From an uncultured Pelagibacteraceae bacterium (GTDB taxonomy: Bacteria; Pseudomonadota; Alphaproteobacteria; Pelagibacterales; Pelagibacteraceae): a DNA stretch of 64,000 nucleotides. Of the stretch, positions 18,990-30,819 are shown one piece after another. The notes beneath the pieces are model-generated. The model saw only the letters and a program-made list of their open reading frames with translations, made no database searches and was not told where the DNA came from. The stretch lies in the NCBI GenBank assembly GCA_902570915.1, contig CACGAB010000001.1, positions 60,048 to 124,047 on the forward strand, in the 5' to 3' direction. The position numbers and the translations under genes were made by a program. Within the stretch, counting starts at the first letter, position 1. Every line of letters starts with the position of its first letter.

Positions 18990-20587
18990 GCAAAGAAAGA
19001 TTATACATATTTGATACAACACTTCGAGATGGAGCTCAAACCCAAGGTGTGCATTTTTCAATTGATGAAAAAACAAAGATTGCACATGCTTTAGATGATC
19101 TTGGTGTAGATTATATTGAAGGAGGTTGGCCAGGTGCTAATCCGTCTGATACAGAATTTTTTCAGAAAGGTTTAGAACTAAAAAACTCTACCTTTACTGC
19201 ATTTGGAATGACAAAAAAAGTAGGACGAAGTGCTGAAAATGATCCGGGTTTGTCAGCAATTTTAAATTCTAATACTAAATCTGTTTGTTTAGTTGGAAAG
19301 TCTTGGGATTTCCATGTTGATGTTGCTTTAGGAATATCTAAAGAAGAAAATTTAGACAACATTAAAGAAACAACAAAGCATTTTGTAAAAAATAATAAAG
19401 AGTTCATGTTTGATGCAGAACATTTCTTTGATGGCTATAAGGCAAACCCTTTATATGCTTTAGCTTGTATCAAAGCTGCTTATGAAAATGGAGCTAAATG
19501 GATAGTTTTATGTGATACTAATGGCGGCACACTTCCACATGAAGTAACAAAGATAGTAAAAGAAATTTCAGAACACATACCTGGTGAAAACTTAGGTATT
19601 CATGCACATAATGATACTGGTAATGCTGTTGCAAATTCAATAGCAGCTGTTTTATCAGGAGCGAGACAAATTCAAGGTACTATAAATGGCTTAGGTGAAA
19701 GATGTGGTAATGCTAATTTAATGTCTATTATTCCAACTTTTCATCTTAAGAAAGAGTTATCAGATAAATTTGAAATTAGTATAAAAGAAAAAAATATTAA
19801 ACTTATAACACAATGTTCTAGGTTGCTTGATGAGATACTAAATAGAAAACCAAATAAACATTTACCATACGTTGGTGCTGCTGCGTTTTCACACAAGGGC
19901 GGTTTACATGTATCTGCTGTTCAAAAAGATCCTAAAACTTATGAGCATATAAATCCTGAAGATGTTGGTAATAATAGAAATATAGTTGTTTCTGATCAGT
20001 CAGGTAAATCAAATATTTTGTCTAGACTGAAAACAATTGGAATTGATATTAAGGAAAACGATCCAAAAGTTAAAAAACTATTAGAAGAAGTTAAAGATAG
20101 AGAGTTCATTGGTTATAGTTATGATGGAGCTGATGCATCTTTTGAATTACTAGCCAGAAGAGTAATGGGAGAAATTCCAAGATATATCTCAATTAAAGAA
20201 TATGACGTTTCAGTCTCAAAAAACAATCAAGATAAGATAGTTTCTAGAGCAAAAGCAAAATTGGAAGTTGATGGTGAACAAATAGTCTGCGAAGGTGAGG
20301 GTAATGGACCTGTTCATGCTTTAGACAACGCTATAAGAAAAAATGTTACAAAATTAGAAAAATATTCTGAATATTTAAAAGATTTAAAACTAGTTGACTA
20401 TAAAGTAAGAATTTTAAATACAGGAACTGAAGCTACCACTAGAGTATCTATTGAAAGTACAGACTCCCAAGGAAAGAATTGGTTTACAATCGGCGTATCA
20501 CCAAACATAATTGATGCATCATTTAAAGCTCTTATTGATAGTTTAGATTTCAAATTATTTAAAGACAAAGCCCCCGCAAGTAAATAA
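18986..20587 (+). CDS. cimA: Citramalate synthase
   Basis: DTTLRDGAQ, EGGWPG, FDAEHFFDG, HAHND, HKGGLH; CimA-type rather than LeuA-type. Confidence 0.88.
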   Translation: MSKERLYIFDTTLRDGAQTQGVHFSIDEKTKIAHALDDLGVDYIEGGWPGANPSDTEFFQKGLELKNSTFTAFGMTKKVGRSAENDPGLSAILNSNTKSVCLVGKSWDFHVDVALGISKEENLDNIKETTKHFVKNNKEFMFDAEHFFDGYKANPLYALACIKAAYENGAKWIVLCDTNGGTLPHEVTKIVKEISEHIPGENLGIHAHNDTGNAVANSIAAVLSGARQIQGTINGLGERCGNANLMSIIPTFHLKKELSDKFEISIKEKNIKLITQCSRLLDEILNRKPNKHLPYVGAAAFSHKGGLHVSAVQKDPKTYEHINPEDVGNNRNIVVSDQSGKSNILSRLKTIGIDIKENDPKVKKLLEEVKDREFIGYSYDGADASFELLARRVMGEIPRYISIKEYDVSVSKNNQDKIVSRAKAKLEVDGEQIVCEGEGNGPVHALDNAIRKNVTKLEKYSEYLKDLKLVDYKVRILNTGTEATTRVSIESTDSQGKNWFTIGVSPNIIDASFKALIDSLDFKLFKDKAPASK

Positions 20588-21451
20588 ATGAAAATTAAAA
20601 AGTTCTCTTTGAAACCTGTTGATATTGAAAGCAGGGTAGGAGCAGAACCTGTCGTTTGTTACCCAAATGATAGTATAGATAATAATCTTGAAATATTACA
20701 TGAAGCGAGAAAACATATTAAACAAATTGATGAAGTTATAGTCCCTCCAAGAGATGCTAAAACTTTCAATGTTAAATCAGGTAATTTTTTTAGAATTGAA
20801 AGTATTGAAGGTCCACAAGTAGGAGATTTAAATATATTTCAAGCTGATAATTTAAATGAAAAGTTTTATTCTGGAAAAACTAGAGCTCTCTACGGAACAC
20901 ATATTTCAGTTGGAGACAAAATGTTTAGCAGTTTCCCATATTTAAGATCATTGGCAACAATTACGTGGGATACGTTAGATTGGTATGGTTATGATAAAGA
21001 TGGGGGCTCGGTTCATGATGTTATCGGCACTAGATGTGATCCTTATACTTACAAGCTAACTTCAAACAACGATTACCATTATTGTTGTCATTCAAATTTA
21101 ACGAGAGCTTTAGTTAAGGAAAAGAATATCAAAGTAGATGAGGCAGAAAAAATTGTGCACGATGTATTAAATGTATTTATGCTTACTGGTTTTACCAATA
21201 ATACTAAGCAATATTTTATGAAATCAAGCCCGGTTAGACCTGGCGATTATTTAGAATTTTTTGCTGAGACTGATCTGCTAGGAGCCTTATCTGCATGTCC
21301 CGGTGGTGATTGCGGTTCTGAACATTCATCTGATGTAGCAAAATGTTATCCACTAAAAGTTTCTATTTGGGATGTAGATAAAAAATTTTTGGAAGGTATA
21401 AAAATTGCTAAGATATCATCTTATAATAGAAACCATGGTCTGACTGATTAA
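20588..21451 (+). CDS. DUF1989 (urea carboxylase-associated family) protein
   Basis: GPQVGDLN, HDVIGTRCDPY, CHSNL, HDVLNVFM, LSACP. Confidence 0.85.
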   Translation: MKIKKFSLKPVDIESRVGAEPVVCYPNDSIDNNLEILHEARKHIKQIDEVIVPPRDAKTFNVKSGNFFRIESIEGPQVGDLNIFQADNLNEKFYSGKTRALYGTHISVGDKMFSSFPYLRSLATITWDTLDWYGYDKDGGSVHDVIGTRCDPYTYKLTSNNDYHYCCHSNLTRALVKEKNIKVDEAEKIVHDVLNVFMLTGFTNNTKQYFMKSSPVRPGDYLEFFAETDLLGALSACPGGDCGSEHSSDVAKCYPLKVSIWDVDKKFLEGIKIAKISSYNRNHGLTD

Positions 21452-21452
21452 C

Positions 21453-22166
21453 ATGTCAAAAAATAATATTTCATTTATTTTACATAAGCCGCAGTTGTCA
21501 GAAAATATCGGTGCATGTGCAAGAGCAATAAAAAATTTTAGCTTTAAAAAGTTAATTTTAATAAATCCTAAGCCTATTTTTCCAAATGATAAAATTTTTG
21601 CCACATCAGTAGGCGCAAAAAATATTATTAATCAAAGTAAAGTATATGAGAATATTGAAAAGGCACTCAAAGATATTGATATTGTAATTGCGACCTCAGC
21701 GCGATTTAGAAATAAAAATATAAAACATATAAATCTAGATGATTTGAAGAAAATAGATTTTAAAAAAAAAGTTGGTTTTTTATTTGGATCTGAAGCCTCA
21801 GGTCTTTCAAATGAAGAGGTTAGTTATGCTAATTACACTTTACAAATTCCAACTAATCCAGAATTTAAGTCATTAAATCTTTCTCATAGTTTAATTATTA
21901 TAGCTCAAGTAGTCTCTAGTATGATTAAAATGAGAACCAAACCATTTCAAAAATCAAAAAAAGTTAAACCAGCATCAAAAAAAGAAATACAATCAATGAT
22001 AAACTTGTGTTTAACTAATTTAGAAGACATTAATTTTTTTAAACCAAAGGAAAAGAAACCAGTAATGTTACAGAATTTAAGAAACATTTTTTATAAAATG
22101 GAATTATCCGATAAAGAAACACGTATTTTATCAAGCGTATTTGCAAGTTTGGGTAAAAAACGTTGA
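21453..22166 (+). CDS. trmJ: tRNA/rRNA methyltransferase, TrmJ family (SPOUT)
   Basis: ENIGACARAIKNF, ATSAR, FGSEASGLSNEE, SLNLSHS. Confidence 0.85.
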   Translation: MSKNNISFILHKPQLSENIGACARAIKNFSFKKLILINPKPIFPNDKIFATSVGAKNIINQSKVYENIEKALKDIDIVIATSARFRNKNIKHINLDDLKKIDFKKKVGFLFGSEASGLSNEEVSYANYTLQIPTNPEFKSLNLSHSLIIIAQVVSSMIKMRTKPFQKSKKVKPASKKEIQSMINLCLTNLEDINFFKPKEKKPVMLQNLRNIFYKMELSDKETRILSSVFASLGKKR

Positions 22167-22194
22167 TTGACAAAATAATGTGTAAGTTTATAAG
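22167..22194 (+). promoter_or_regulatory. Putative sigma70 promoter of rpsD
   Basis: TTGACA (22167) - 16 nt - TATAAG (22189), 12 nt before the rpsD ATG. Confidence 0.5.
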
Positions 22195-22206
22195 ACCCAA
22201 TATTAA

Positions 22207-22824
22207 ATGACAAAAAGATTAAACTCTAAACATAAAGTTGATAGAAGATTAAAAGTGAATCTTTGGGGAAGGCCAAAAAGTCCTTTTAATACCAGAGCTT
22301 ACGGACCAGGACAGCACGGTCAAACCAAAACATCTAAACCCTCAGACTACGGTATTCAGCTTCAGGCAAAGCAGAAGTTAAAAGCTTATTATGGTAATAT
22401 CAACGAGAGACAATTCAGAAATATTTATAAAAAAGCTAGCATGTTAAAAGGGGATACAAGCGAAAACCTAATTGGTTTATTGGAAAGAAGATTAGATGCG
22501 GTTATATACAGAGCGAAATTTGCAACAACGATCTTTTCTGCACGTCAACTTATTAATCATGGTCATGTAAGAGTAAATGGAAAAAAAGTCAACATTTCGA
22601 GTTATTCAGTTAAGGAAGAGGATACGATTGAGATTAGAGATAAGTCTAAGCAATTAGCAATAGTTGATATAGCTTTGGCAAATAAAGAGAGAGAAACTCC
22701 AGAATACATTCAAATGGATGAAAAGAATAAAAAATTTAAATTCATAAGAGTACCAAAGTTTGAGGAAGTTCCTTATCCAATCGTTATGGAACCAAACTTA
22801 GTAATCGAATATTATTCTAGATAG
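22207..22824 (+). CDS. rpsD: 30S ribosomal protein S4
   Basis: [29 protein letters not shown]. Confidence 0.97.
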   Translation: MTKRLNSKHKVDRRLKVNLWGRPKSPFNTRAYGPGQHGQTKTSKPSDYGIQLQAKQKLKAYYGNINERQFRNIYKKASMLKGDTSENLIGLLERRLDAVIYRAKFATTIFSARQLINHGHVRVNGKKVNISSYSVKEEDTIEIRDKSKQLAIVDIALANKERETPEYIQMDEKNKKFKFIRVPKFEEVPYPIVMEPNLVIEYYSR

Positions 22825-22826
22825 AT

Positions 22827-23159
22827 TTACTTTTTATATTTTACGCCCTTATCATCAAAGACTTTTTTTAATTCACCATTTTCATACATTTCTTTAACAA
22901 TATCACAACCACCAACGAATTCTTTTTTAACATATAATTGCGGTATTGTTGGCCAATCACTGAAAGTCTTTATACCCTCTCTTAAAGATTGATCTTCTAA
23001 AACATTAACTCCTTTATAATTTACTTCTAAGATTTTAAGTAAATTTGCTACTGCCATTGAAAATCCACATTGTGGAGCATCAGGCGTTCCCTTCATAAAT
23101 AAACAAACATCATTATTATCGATGTGATTTTGAATTAAATTTTTAATTTGATCGTCCAT
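22827..23159 (-). CDS. grxD: Monothiol glutaredoxin Grx4
   Basis: FMKGTP..PQCGFS, WPTIPQLY, GGCDI. Confidence 0.95.
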   Translation of the reverse strand: MDDQIKNLIQNHIDNNDVCLFMKGTPDAPQCGFSMAVANLLKILEVNYKGVNVLEDQSLREGIKTFSDWPTIPQLYVKKEFVGGCDIVKEMYENGELKKVFDDKGVKYKK

Positions 23160-23389
23160 TATTGCTCCTTTGTTTTTATCGCTAGGGCGTGAAGTTCATT
23201 TCCCATTTTACCTTTTAAGGAATTGTATACCATTTTATGTTGCTCAATTTTACTTTTACCACTAAATTTAGAGGAAGTAATAGTTGCAGAATAATGGTTT
23301 CCGTCACCAGCTAAATCTTGTATTTCAACTAATGCGTCCGGTAAAGCTTCTTTTATATGCTTTTCAATCTCTTTTAAATCCATTGCCAT
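23159..23389 (-). CDS. BolA family protein
   Basis: GDGNHY, QHKMVY, ELHALAIKT; adjacent to grxD. Confidence 0.9.
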   Translation of the reverse strand: MAMDLKEIEKHIKEALPDALVEIQDLAGDGNHYSATITSSKFSGKSKIEQHKMVYNSLKGKMGNELHALAIKTKEQ

Positions 23390-23391
23390 AA

Positions 23392-25581
23392 TTAATTCAT
23401 GTAGTTAGATAACCAATTAGTATTATAAGCTTTTAATTCGTCAATTGTAACTTTTGTCTTCTCATTGATAATCATATTTTTATCAGTAATTCTACCAAAT
23501 TTATCAAAGTGAACAGAATTTTTGTTTAAAATACTTTCAACTTTTTTTAAATTTTTAGGCTCGATTTCTATAACATATCTACCTTGATCTTCAGAAAATA
23601 AATACTCAATTTCGCTCATAAAATATTTAGGTTTATCAAATTCAATACCTATATTTCCCTTTATACACATTTTACTTACAGCTGTAATTATTCCTCCGAC
23701 AGATACATCATGGGCACTCCTAATAAGATTATTTTTGATAAGTTGAAGAATTGTTTCACCATTATTTTTTTCATTGAAGAGATTTATTTCAGGTGGTGGT
23801 CCATTCTTTTCATTTAATATATTTCTTGCAAAAAGACTTTGATCGATGTGACCTTCAGTTTTACCAATTATTAAGACAAGATTATCAATTTCTTTAAAAT
23901 CCATAGTGATCATTTGTTTGTAATCTTTTATCAGACCCACACCACCAATTGAGGGTGTTGGTTTAATCCCAATTTCTTTTGTTTGGTTGTAAAATGATAC
24001 ATTTCCAGAAACGACTGGAAATTTTAAATATTCACAAGCTTCACCTATTCCCTGAACACATTCAACAAATTCCCCCATATTTTCTTCTTTCTCTGGACTT
24101 CCAAAGTTCAAACAATTTGTTATAGCGATCGGAGTTGCTCCAACAGAAATAAGATTTCTCCAACTTTCACAAACAACTTGTTTTCCACCTGTAAGAGGAT
24201 GCGCCCAACAATAAATAGCTGAAGAGTCGACAGTTGCAGCTACTGCCTTATCGGTTCCATGAACTCTCACCACACCAGAATCACCACCCGGTTTTTGTAT
24301 TGTATCACCCATCACGGTGTGATCATATTGTTGCCAGATCCATTCTTTACTACAAACATTAGGATTTGATAAAATTTTATTTAAAACTTCTTTGATTTTA
24401 AATTTTTTAAATTCCTCTTTTTTGACTAAATTTTTTTTAGGTAGCTTAGTTTTTTTCCATTTTCGATCATACATTGGAGAATTTTCAACTAAAGTATTAA
24501 TTGGAATGCTAGCTACTTGTTTTTCGTCATAAAATAAATCAATATTTTTGGAGTTGGTTGTTTTACCAATGATAGCAAAATCTAAATCCCATTTATCAAA
24601 TATTTTTTTTGCTAAATCTTCTTTTCCATTTTCTAAAACAATCAACATTCTTTCTTGGCTTTCAGAGAGCATAATTTCGTAAGGTGTCATTTTGCTTTCT
24701 CTACATGGAACTTTATTTAGATTTAATTCAATTCCCAAATTACCTTTTGAAGCCATTTCGATGCTTGACGATGTAAGACCTGCTGCACCCATGTCTTGTA
24801 TTGCAATAATTGAGTCTCCGGCCATCAATTCTAGACAAGCCTCAAGTAAAAGCTTTTCTGTAAAAGGATCTCCAACTTGAACAGTTGGTTTTTTTTCTTC
24901 AATTTTTTCATCAAAACTAGCAGACGCCATACTTGCTCCATGAATACCATCTCGTCCAGTTTTTGAACCAACGTAAATAACAGGTTTGTTAAGACCAGCA
25001 GCTTTTGAATAAAAAATTTTATTTTTCTTAACTAATCCAAGAGTCATTGCATTGACTAAAATGTTGCCATTGTAAGAACTATCAAAAGAAGTTTGCCCTG
25101 CAATAGTTGGAACACCCATGCAATTTCCATAACCTCCGATTCCATGAACAACTCCTCTTAAAAGATTTTTTGTTTTTTTGTGTTGTGAAGATCCAAAATG
25201 AATCGAGTTTAAATTTGCAATTGGTCTTGCACCCATTGTAAATACATCCCTCATTATACCACCCACACCAGTGGCTGCTCCTTGATAGGGTTCAATAAAT
25301 GATGGATGATTATGACTTTCAATTTTGAAAACGATTGCATCTCCATCTTCAATATCAATCACACCTGCATTTTCTCCTGGTCCTTGAATTACTTTTTTTC
25401 CAGATGTTGGCAATTTTTTTAAATGAAGTCTTGATGATTTATAGGAACAGTGTTCATTCCACATTGCAGAGAAAATTCCAAGTTCAGTTAGATTAGGAAC
25501 TCTTTTTAGTAGATCACAAATTTTTTTATATTCCTCTTTTTTTAATCCATGATCTATAGCTATCTGTTCGTTAACTTCCAT
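23392..25581 (-). CDS. purL: FGAM synthase subunit PurL
   Basis: [35 protein letters not shown]. Confidence 0.97.
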   Translation of the reverse strand: MEVNEQIAIDHGLKKEEYKKICDLLKRVPNLTELGIFSAMWNEHCSYKSSRLHLKKLPTSGKKVIQGPGENAGVIDIEDGDAIVFKIESHNHPSFIEPYQGAATGVGGIMRDVFTMGARPIANLNSIHFGSSQHKKTKNLLRGVVHGIGGYGNCMGVPTIAGQTSFDSSYNGNILVNAMTLGLVKKNKIFYSKAAGLNKPVIYVGSKTGRDGIHGASMASASFDEKIEEKKPTVQVGDPFTEKLLLEACLELMAGDSIIAIQDMGAAGLTSSSIEMASKGNLGIELNLNKVPCRESKMTPYEIMLSESQERMLIVLENGKEDLAKKIFDKWDLDFAIIGKTTNSKNIDLFYDEKQVASIPINTLVENSPMYDRKWKKTKLPKKNLVKKEEFKKFKIKEVLNKILSNPNVCSKEWIWQQYDHTVMGDTIQKPGGDSGVVRVHGTDKAVAATVDSSAIYCWAHPLTGGKQVVCESWRNLISVGATPIAITNCLNFGSPEKEENMGEFVECVQGIGEACEYLKFPVVSGNVSFYNQTKEIGIKPTPSIGGVGLIKDYKQMITMDFKEIDNLVLIIGKTEGHIDQSLFARNILNEKNGPPPEINLFNEKNNGETILQLIKNNLIRSAHDVSVGGIITAVSKMCIKGNIGIEFDKPKYFMSEIEYLFSEDQGRYVIEIEPKNLKKVESILNKNSVHFDKFGRITDKNMIINEKTKVTIDELKAYNTNWLSNYMN

Positions 25582-26264
25582 TATTTAATATTATTTAAAA
25601 GATTTTTAAAAAAAAAGGATCCATCTTCCCCAGATAAACTTTTATCTATCATCCTTTCAGGATGAGGCATCATTCCCAAAACATTTTTCTCTTTATTAAA
25701 AATACCAGCAATATTATTTAATGATCCATTTGGATTATATTTCTCATCAGTATTTCCATCATTGTTACAATAATAAATAGCTACCTGGTTGTTATCATCA
25801 ATTTCCTTTAGTTGATCATTGGTACAAAAATAATTTCCCTCATTGTGAGCAATATGAAACTCAAATACATCTTTATCTAAATTTTTAAAATATTGATTGT
25901 CTTTATTATCAATTTTTACAAAAACATTTTTACAAATAAATTCTAAGTATTTATTTCTCAATAAAACTCCTGGGACCAAACCTGTTTCAACCAATATCTG
26001 AAAACCATTACAAATCCCCATAACTAAACCACCTGATTTTGCAAAATTGATTACTGATTGCATTATCTTAGATTTAGAAGCCATGCTTCCACATCTCAAA
26101 TAATCGCCATATGAAAATCCCCCTGGAAGTACTACCAAATCAGATTTAGGTAATTCATTATCGTTATGCCAGACCATTTTATTTTTAAAACCAAACTTAC
26201 TCAGTGCGACGTGCATATCTCTGTCACAATTTGAACCTGGAAAAGTAATTACTGCTGATTTCAT
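25581..26264 (-). CDS. purQ: FGAM synthase glutaminase subunit PurQ
   Basis: [29 protein letters not shown]. Confidence 0.97.
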   Translation of the reverse strand: MKSAVITFPGSNCDRDMHVALSKFGFKNKMVWHNDNELPKSDLVVLPGGFSYGDYLRCGSMASKSKIMQSVINFAKSGGLVMGICNGFQILVETGLVPGVLLRNKYLEFICKNVFVKIDNKDNQYFKNLDKDVFEFHIAHNEGNYFCTNDQLKEIDDNNQVAIYYCNNDGNTDEKYNPNGSLNNIAGIFNKEKNVLGMMPHPERMIDKSLSGEDGSFFFKNLLNNIK

Positions 26265-26267
26265 TAA

Positions 26268-26510
26268 TTATTGTATCTCAATAATCTTATAATTCTCTAT
26301 TACAAGATTCGCTAAGAGCTTGTTACACATATCTTCAACAATTTTTTGAGCTTTCTTTGGATCATTTTCTTTTACATCAATTTCAAAATATTTTCCTTGT
26401 CTAACTTCATTAACATCCTTAAATCCCATTCCATCTAAGGTCTGGTGAATAACTTTTCCTTGCGGATCCAGAACATCTTTTTTTAAAGTGATAATTGCAG
26501 AAACCTTCAT
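26268..26510 (-). CDS. purS: FGAM synthase subunit PurS
   Basis: [21 protein letters not shown]. Confidence 0.95.
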   Translation of the reverse strand: MKVSAIITLKKDVLDPQGKVIHQTLDGMGFKDVNEVRQGKYFEIDVKENDPKKAQKIVEDMCNKLLANLVIENYKIIEIQ

Positions 26511-27292
26511 TTACTCTTTTTTTTAACTGAAGATAATTTTGTAACATTGACTGCAGTAACATTGGATTGTTCATGTAAAATTCCCAATCTTTTTGCGACT
26601 TCAGTATATGCTGGTATTAAATCTCCTAAATCTTTTCTGAATCTATCTTTATCTAATTTTTTTTCTGTAACAGAGTCCCATAATCGGCAAGTATCTGGAC
26701 TAATTTCATCAGCTAAAATAACCTCATTTTTACTGTTTATTTTTATTCTTCCAAACTCAAGTTTGAAGTCTATCAACTTGATACCAACGCCTCTAAACAT
26801 ACCAATCATGAAATCGTTAATTCTTAAGATCATTTTTTTTACTTTTTCAATTTCTTTTTTTGAGGCCCACTCAAAAGCATAGATATGATCTTCTGCTATT
26901 AAGGGGTCTCCAAGTTCGTCATCCTTTAAACAGTATTCAATTAGGGGTTCTTTAAGAACTGTTCCATCTTCAATTCCAAGTCTTTTCGTTAAAGAACCGG
27001 TAGCAACATTTCTCACAACAAACTCAATAGGAATAATTTCTACCAATTTGATTAATTGTTCTCTCATATTTAATCTTTTTACTAAATGATTTTTAATTCC
27101 TATTTGAGACAGATTAGAAAGTATGTGTTCTGAAATACGATTATTCAATACACCTTTTCCCTCTATGGTGCTTTTTTTCTGATTATTAAAAGCAGTAGCG
27201 TCGTCTTTAAAATATTGGATAACTAAATTTTTATCAGAAGAAGCATAAATGATTTTTGCTTTACCCTCGTATAATTTTTTACCTTTTTTCAT
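26507..27292 (-). CDS. purC: SAICAR synthase
   Basis: [34 protein letters not shown]. Confidence 0.97.
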   Translation of the reverse strand: MKKGKKLYEGKAKIIYASSDKNLVIQYFKDDATAFNNQKKSTIEGKGVLNNRISEHILSNLSQIGIKNHLVKRLNMREQLIKLVEIIPIEFVVRNVATGSLTKRLGIEDGTVLKEPLIEYCLKDDELGDPLIAEDHIYAFEWASKKEIEKVKKMILRINDFMIGMFRGVGIKLIDFKLEFGRIKINSKNEVILADEISPDTCRLWDSVTEKKLDKDRFRKDLGDLIPAYTEVAKRLGILHEQSNVTAVNVTKLSSVKKKSK

Positions 27293-28584
27293 TATCTGAA
27301 TACTCTTTTAAATATTAAGTTCACATTCTTAAAATGTTTAGCGTAACTAAAAACTGATTGTAATTTTTTTGGTGAAATCTTACTCATTATATATCTGTCG
27401 GTCTGAATGACGCTATATAAGTCCAAATCTTCTGCAAAACATTTTTTTGCATAATTTTGAATCATCCTATAAGACTTTTCTCTACTTAATCCAGTTTTAG
27501 TTAATTCTAACATTAATTCTTGAGAAAAAATTAATCCTTTTGTTAGATTTAAATTTTGTAACATTTTTTTTGGATAAACAATCATATTATCCAATATATT
27601 AGCCAGCCTTACTAAAGCGAAATCAAGCGTAATGTTTGCATCTGGCCCTATATTTCTCTCTACACTTGAATGTGAAATATCTCTTTCATGCCATAAAGCA
27701 ATATTTTCTAAGGCAGGTACAACTGCACTTCTTACCATCCTTGATAAGCCTGTAAGATTTTCACTTAAGATAGGATTTTTTTTATGTGGCATCGCTGAGG
27801 ATCCTTTTTGATTTTTTGAAAAATATTCTTGTAATTCGTACACCTCTGTTCGTTGAAGATGCCTTATTTCTGTAGCAACTCTCTCAATGGATCCAGCAAT
27901 AATTCCTAAGACTGAAAAATAAAAAGCATGACGATCACGAGGAATTACTTGAGTTGATATTGGTTCAACTTTTAATCCAAGCCTTTTAGCAACATGTTGT
28001 TCGACCTTTGGAGAAATATTTGCAAAAGTCCCCACTGCTCCTGATATTGCACATGTAGAAATCTCATCAATTGCATCGATTAATCTTTTTTTATTTCTTT
28101 TAAACTCCTCATAAAAAGATGCTAATTTAAGACCAAATGTAATTGGTTCAGCATGTATACCGTGACTTCTTCCCATACAAGGAGTAAATTTATATTTACG
28201 TGCTTGTTTTTTTAGTACTTTTAAAATTTGATCTAGATCTTTGACAAGAATTTTTCCCGATTGAACTAATTGAATATTAAAACTTGTATCTAAAACATCA
28301 GACGATGTCATCCCTTGATGGAGATACCTTGCTTTCAATCCAGCTTTTTCGGTTACAGAGGTTAAAAAAGCAATCACATCATGTTTAACCTGACTTTCTA
28401 TTTGATGAATTCTTTTGACATTAATTCTTGCTTTTTTTCTAACCGTTGAGGAAACTCCTTTTGGAATTTGGTTTAACTTCTCCATTGCTTGCGCTGCAGC
28501 AATTTCTACATCAAGCCAAATCTTATACTTATTTTCTTCAGACCATATGTCTGTTAATTCTTTACGAGAGTATCTTTTTATCAT
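27292..28584 (-). CDS. purB: Adenylosuccinate lyase
   Basis: [36 protein letters not shown]. Confidence 0.97.
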   Translation of the reverse strand: MIKRYSRKELTDIWSEENKYKIWLDVEIAAAQAMEKLNQIPKGVSSTVRKKARINVKRIHQIESQVKHDVIAFLTSVTEKAGLKARYLHQGMTSSDVLDTSFNIQLVQSGKILVKDLDQILKVLKKQARKYKFTPCMGRSHGIHAEPITFGLKLASFYEEFKRNKKRLIDAIDEISTCAISGAVGTFANISPKVEQHVAKRLGLKVEPISTQVIPRDRHAFYFSVLGIIAGSIERVATEIRHLQRTEVYELQEYFSKNQKGSSAMPHKKNPILSENLTGLSRMVRSAVVPALENIALWHERDISHSSVERNIGPDANITLDFALVRLANILDNMIVYPKKMLQNLNLTKGLIFSQELMLELTKTGLSREKSYRMIQNYAKKCFAEDLDLYSVIQTDRYIMSKISPKKLQSVFSYAKHFKNVNLIFKRVFR

Positions 28585-29357
28585 TAATTGTATGGTGGTT
28601 TAGAATATCCTTTAGCAGATTCTGTAAAGATTTCATAACCATTTTCAGTTATTCCTATTGTATGCTCGAATTGTGCTGATAAAGATTTATCTTTTGTAAC
28701 AGCAGTCCAACCGTCGTTTAAAACTTTAGTATCAAATTTCCCAGCATTTATCATTGGCTCTATTGTAAAAGTCATACCTGGTCTTAATTCCATGCCAGTA
28801 TTTTTATTACCATAGTGTAAAATATTAGGTGCTTCATGAAACACTGTACCAATTCCATGACCGCAAAAATCTCTTACGACTGAAAAACCTCTTTGTTCGA
28901 CATAGGATTGAATTTCGTACCCAATGTCACCAAGTTTAATACCTGGTTTAAGGATTTTAATTGCTTTCATCATTCCTTCATAAGTAGCATCAATTAAATT
29001 ATTTAATTTTACTGATGTTTTGCCAACACAAAACATTCTACTAGTATCCCCATAATGATTATCAATGATTGCAGTAACATCTACATTTAAAGCATCACCA
29101 TCTTGTAAAATTCTATCTTCCGAAGGTATACCATGACAGACAACATGATTTAAAGACGTACAAAGTGATTTTTCAAACCCTCTATAAAAAAGTGGAGCAG
29201 AGTGACCTCCGTTATCTCTTATAAATTCATAGCCAAGCTTATCTATGAAGCTTGTTGTAACACCTTCTTTAATATTTTCAGTGAGCATATCTAAAGTTTT
29301 TGCAGCAAGGTTTCCTGCAATTCTCATTTTTTCAAACTTTTCAGAATAATTATTCAT
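28584..29357 (-). CDS. map: Methionine aminopeptidase type I
   Basis: VVCHGIP, NVDVT, GDTSRMF, GHGIG..FHE, FTIEPMIN, AQFEHT. Confidence 0.96.
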   Translation of the reverse strand: MNNYSEKFEKMRIAGNLAAKTLDMLTENIKEGVTTSFIDKLGYEFIRDNGGHSAPLFYRGFEKSLCTSLNHVVCHGIPSEDRILQDGDALNVDVTAIIDNHYGDTSRMFCVGKTSVKLNNLIDATYEGMMKAIKILKPGIKLGDIGYEIQSYVEQRGFSVVRDFCGHGIGTVFHEAPNILHYGNKNTGMELRPGMTFTIEPMINAGKFDTKVLNDGWTAVTKDKSLSAQFEHTIGITENGYEIFTESAKGYSKPPYN

Positions 29358-30048
29358 TAATAATTCTTAATTTTTTTTCGATCAAAATTTTTTTTGAACT
29401 AATTTTACATCTATATGCTAAAAAATTTAATCCTGCTTTTTTAGCTAACTGATAATTATTATAATATTCTGGGTCTATGTCTTTTGCTATTTTAAAGTTT
29501 TCCATATTTTGTATTTGAACTAGAAAAATTAAGTATGTTTTATAACCTTTTTTTATGGCATCAATAAGGGTGAGTAAATGTTTTGATCCTCTTGAGGTAA
29601 TTGCATCAGGAAATTCAGCAGTTTTCTTATCACGAAAAAGTGTTACGTTTTTTACCTCTATAAAGATCTTTTTATTATTTTTTTCAGTTAAAAAGTCGAA
29701 TCTTGTCTCTTTATTGAAAAAAACCTCTGGTTTGATTATTTCATTATTTTTTAACTCACTTATAAGATTTTCTTTAAGACCATTATGAACAATTTTGTTA
29801 GCTAAATGGGTATTAACCCCAACAAGATTTCCCTTAGCTTTTAAAATTTGAAGCGTGTATTTTAACTTCCTCTTTGGATCATCATTTTTTAAAAGATAAG
29901 CCTCATTTCCCTCATCTAACAAACCTTTCATAGATCCAGTATTAGGACAATGTGCCGTAACTACTTGATTATCTAATTTAACATCAACAAAAAAACGTTT
30001 ATATCTTTTGATTAATTTGCCTTTTATTAAAGACTTGGTAAATTCCAT
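29350..30048 (-). CDS. sfsA: DNA/RNA nuclease SfsA
   Basis: RYKRFF, HCPNTGSM, RFDF, IEVKNVT, FPDA-x-T-x-RG-x-KH; start placed at MEFTK. Confidence 0.92.
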   Translation of the reverse strand: MEFTKSLIKGKLIKRYKRFFVDVKLDNQVVTAHCPNTGSMKGLLDEGNEAYLLKNDDPKRKLKYTLQILKAKGNLVGVNTHLANKIVHNGLKENLISELKNNEIIKPEVFFNKETRFDFLTEKNNKKIFIEVKNVTLFRDKKTAEFPDAITSRGSKHLLTLIDAIKKGYKTYLIFLVQIQNMENFKIAKDIDPEYYNNYQLAKKAGLNFLAYRCKISSKKILIEKKLRIINE

Positions 30049-30069
30049 TTTCAAATTATACATATAATA

Positions 30070-30819
30070 ATGAGTAAAAACAAAAAAGTTAATGCTGCAA
30101 TTTTGATAATTGGTAATGAAATTTTATCAGGAAGAACTCAAGACACAAATACTAGCACATTAGCTCTTTGGCTTAATTCAATCGGCATAAAAGTAAATGA
30201 AGTAAGAGTTATTCCTGATGTAGAAACAACAATTGTTGACACTCTTAATGTTTTGAGAAAATCCAATGATTATGTTTTTACAACTGGGGGAATCGGTCCT
30301 ACGCATGATGATATTACTGCACAATCCGTTTCAAAAGCTTTCAATCGAAAATATGAGATACATAAAGAGGCCTTTAATATTTTAGATACTTATTATAAAA
30401 AAGGAGAATTCAATAAAGGCAGACAAAGAATGGCATGGATGCCAGAAAACGCAGAATTAATTTTAAATCCAACAAGTGGTGCTCCAGGTTTTAGTGTTGA
30501 AAATGTATTTTGTTTACCAGGTGTGCCATCAATTATGAAGTCCATGTTAGGAGGATTGAAGAATAAATTAGCTGGCGGAGAACCAATTTTGAGTCATACA
30601 ATTAATTTAAGAACAGTTGAAAGTGAAATTGCTAATTCTTTGATGAAAGTTCAAGATCAAAATCAAGATGTTGAAATTGGAAGTTATCCCTTTTTTCATG
30701 CCGGTAAGCTTGGTGTATCGATTGTTTTGAGATCTGAAAATCAATCTAAAATTGACTACTGCAACACTCAAATCCTAAAATTTATAAAAGAAAAAGATAT
30801 CGAAATTGTAGAGAGATAA
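30070..30819 (+). CDS. CinA-like molybdopterin-binding (MoCF) domain protein
   Basis: IGNEILSG...DTN, TTGGIGPTHDDIT, LPGVP. Confidence 0.88.
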   Translation: MSKNKKVNAAILIIGNEILSGRTQDTNTSTLALWLNSIGIKVNEVRVIPDVETTIVDTLNVLRKSNDYVFTTGGIGPTHDDITAQSVSKAFNRKYEIHKEAFNILDTYYKKGEFNKGRQRMAWMPENAELILNPTSGAPGFSVENVFCLPGVPSIMKSMLGGLKNKLAGGEPILSHTINLRTVESEIANSLMKVQDQNQDVEIGSYPFFHAGKLGVSIVLRSENQSKIDYCNTQILKFIKEKDIEIVER

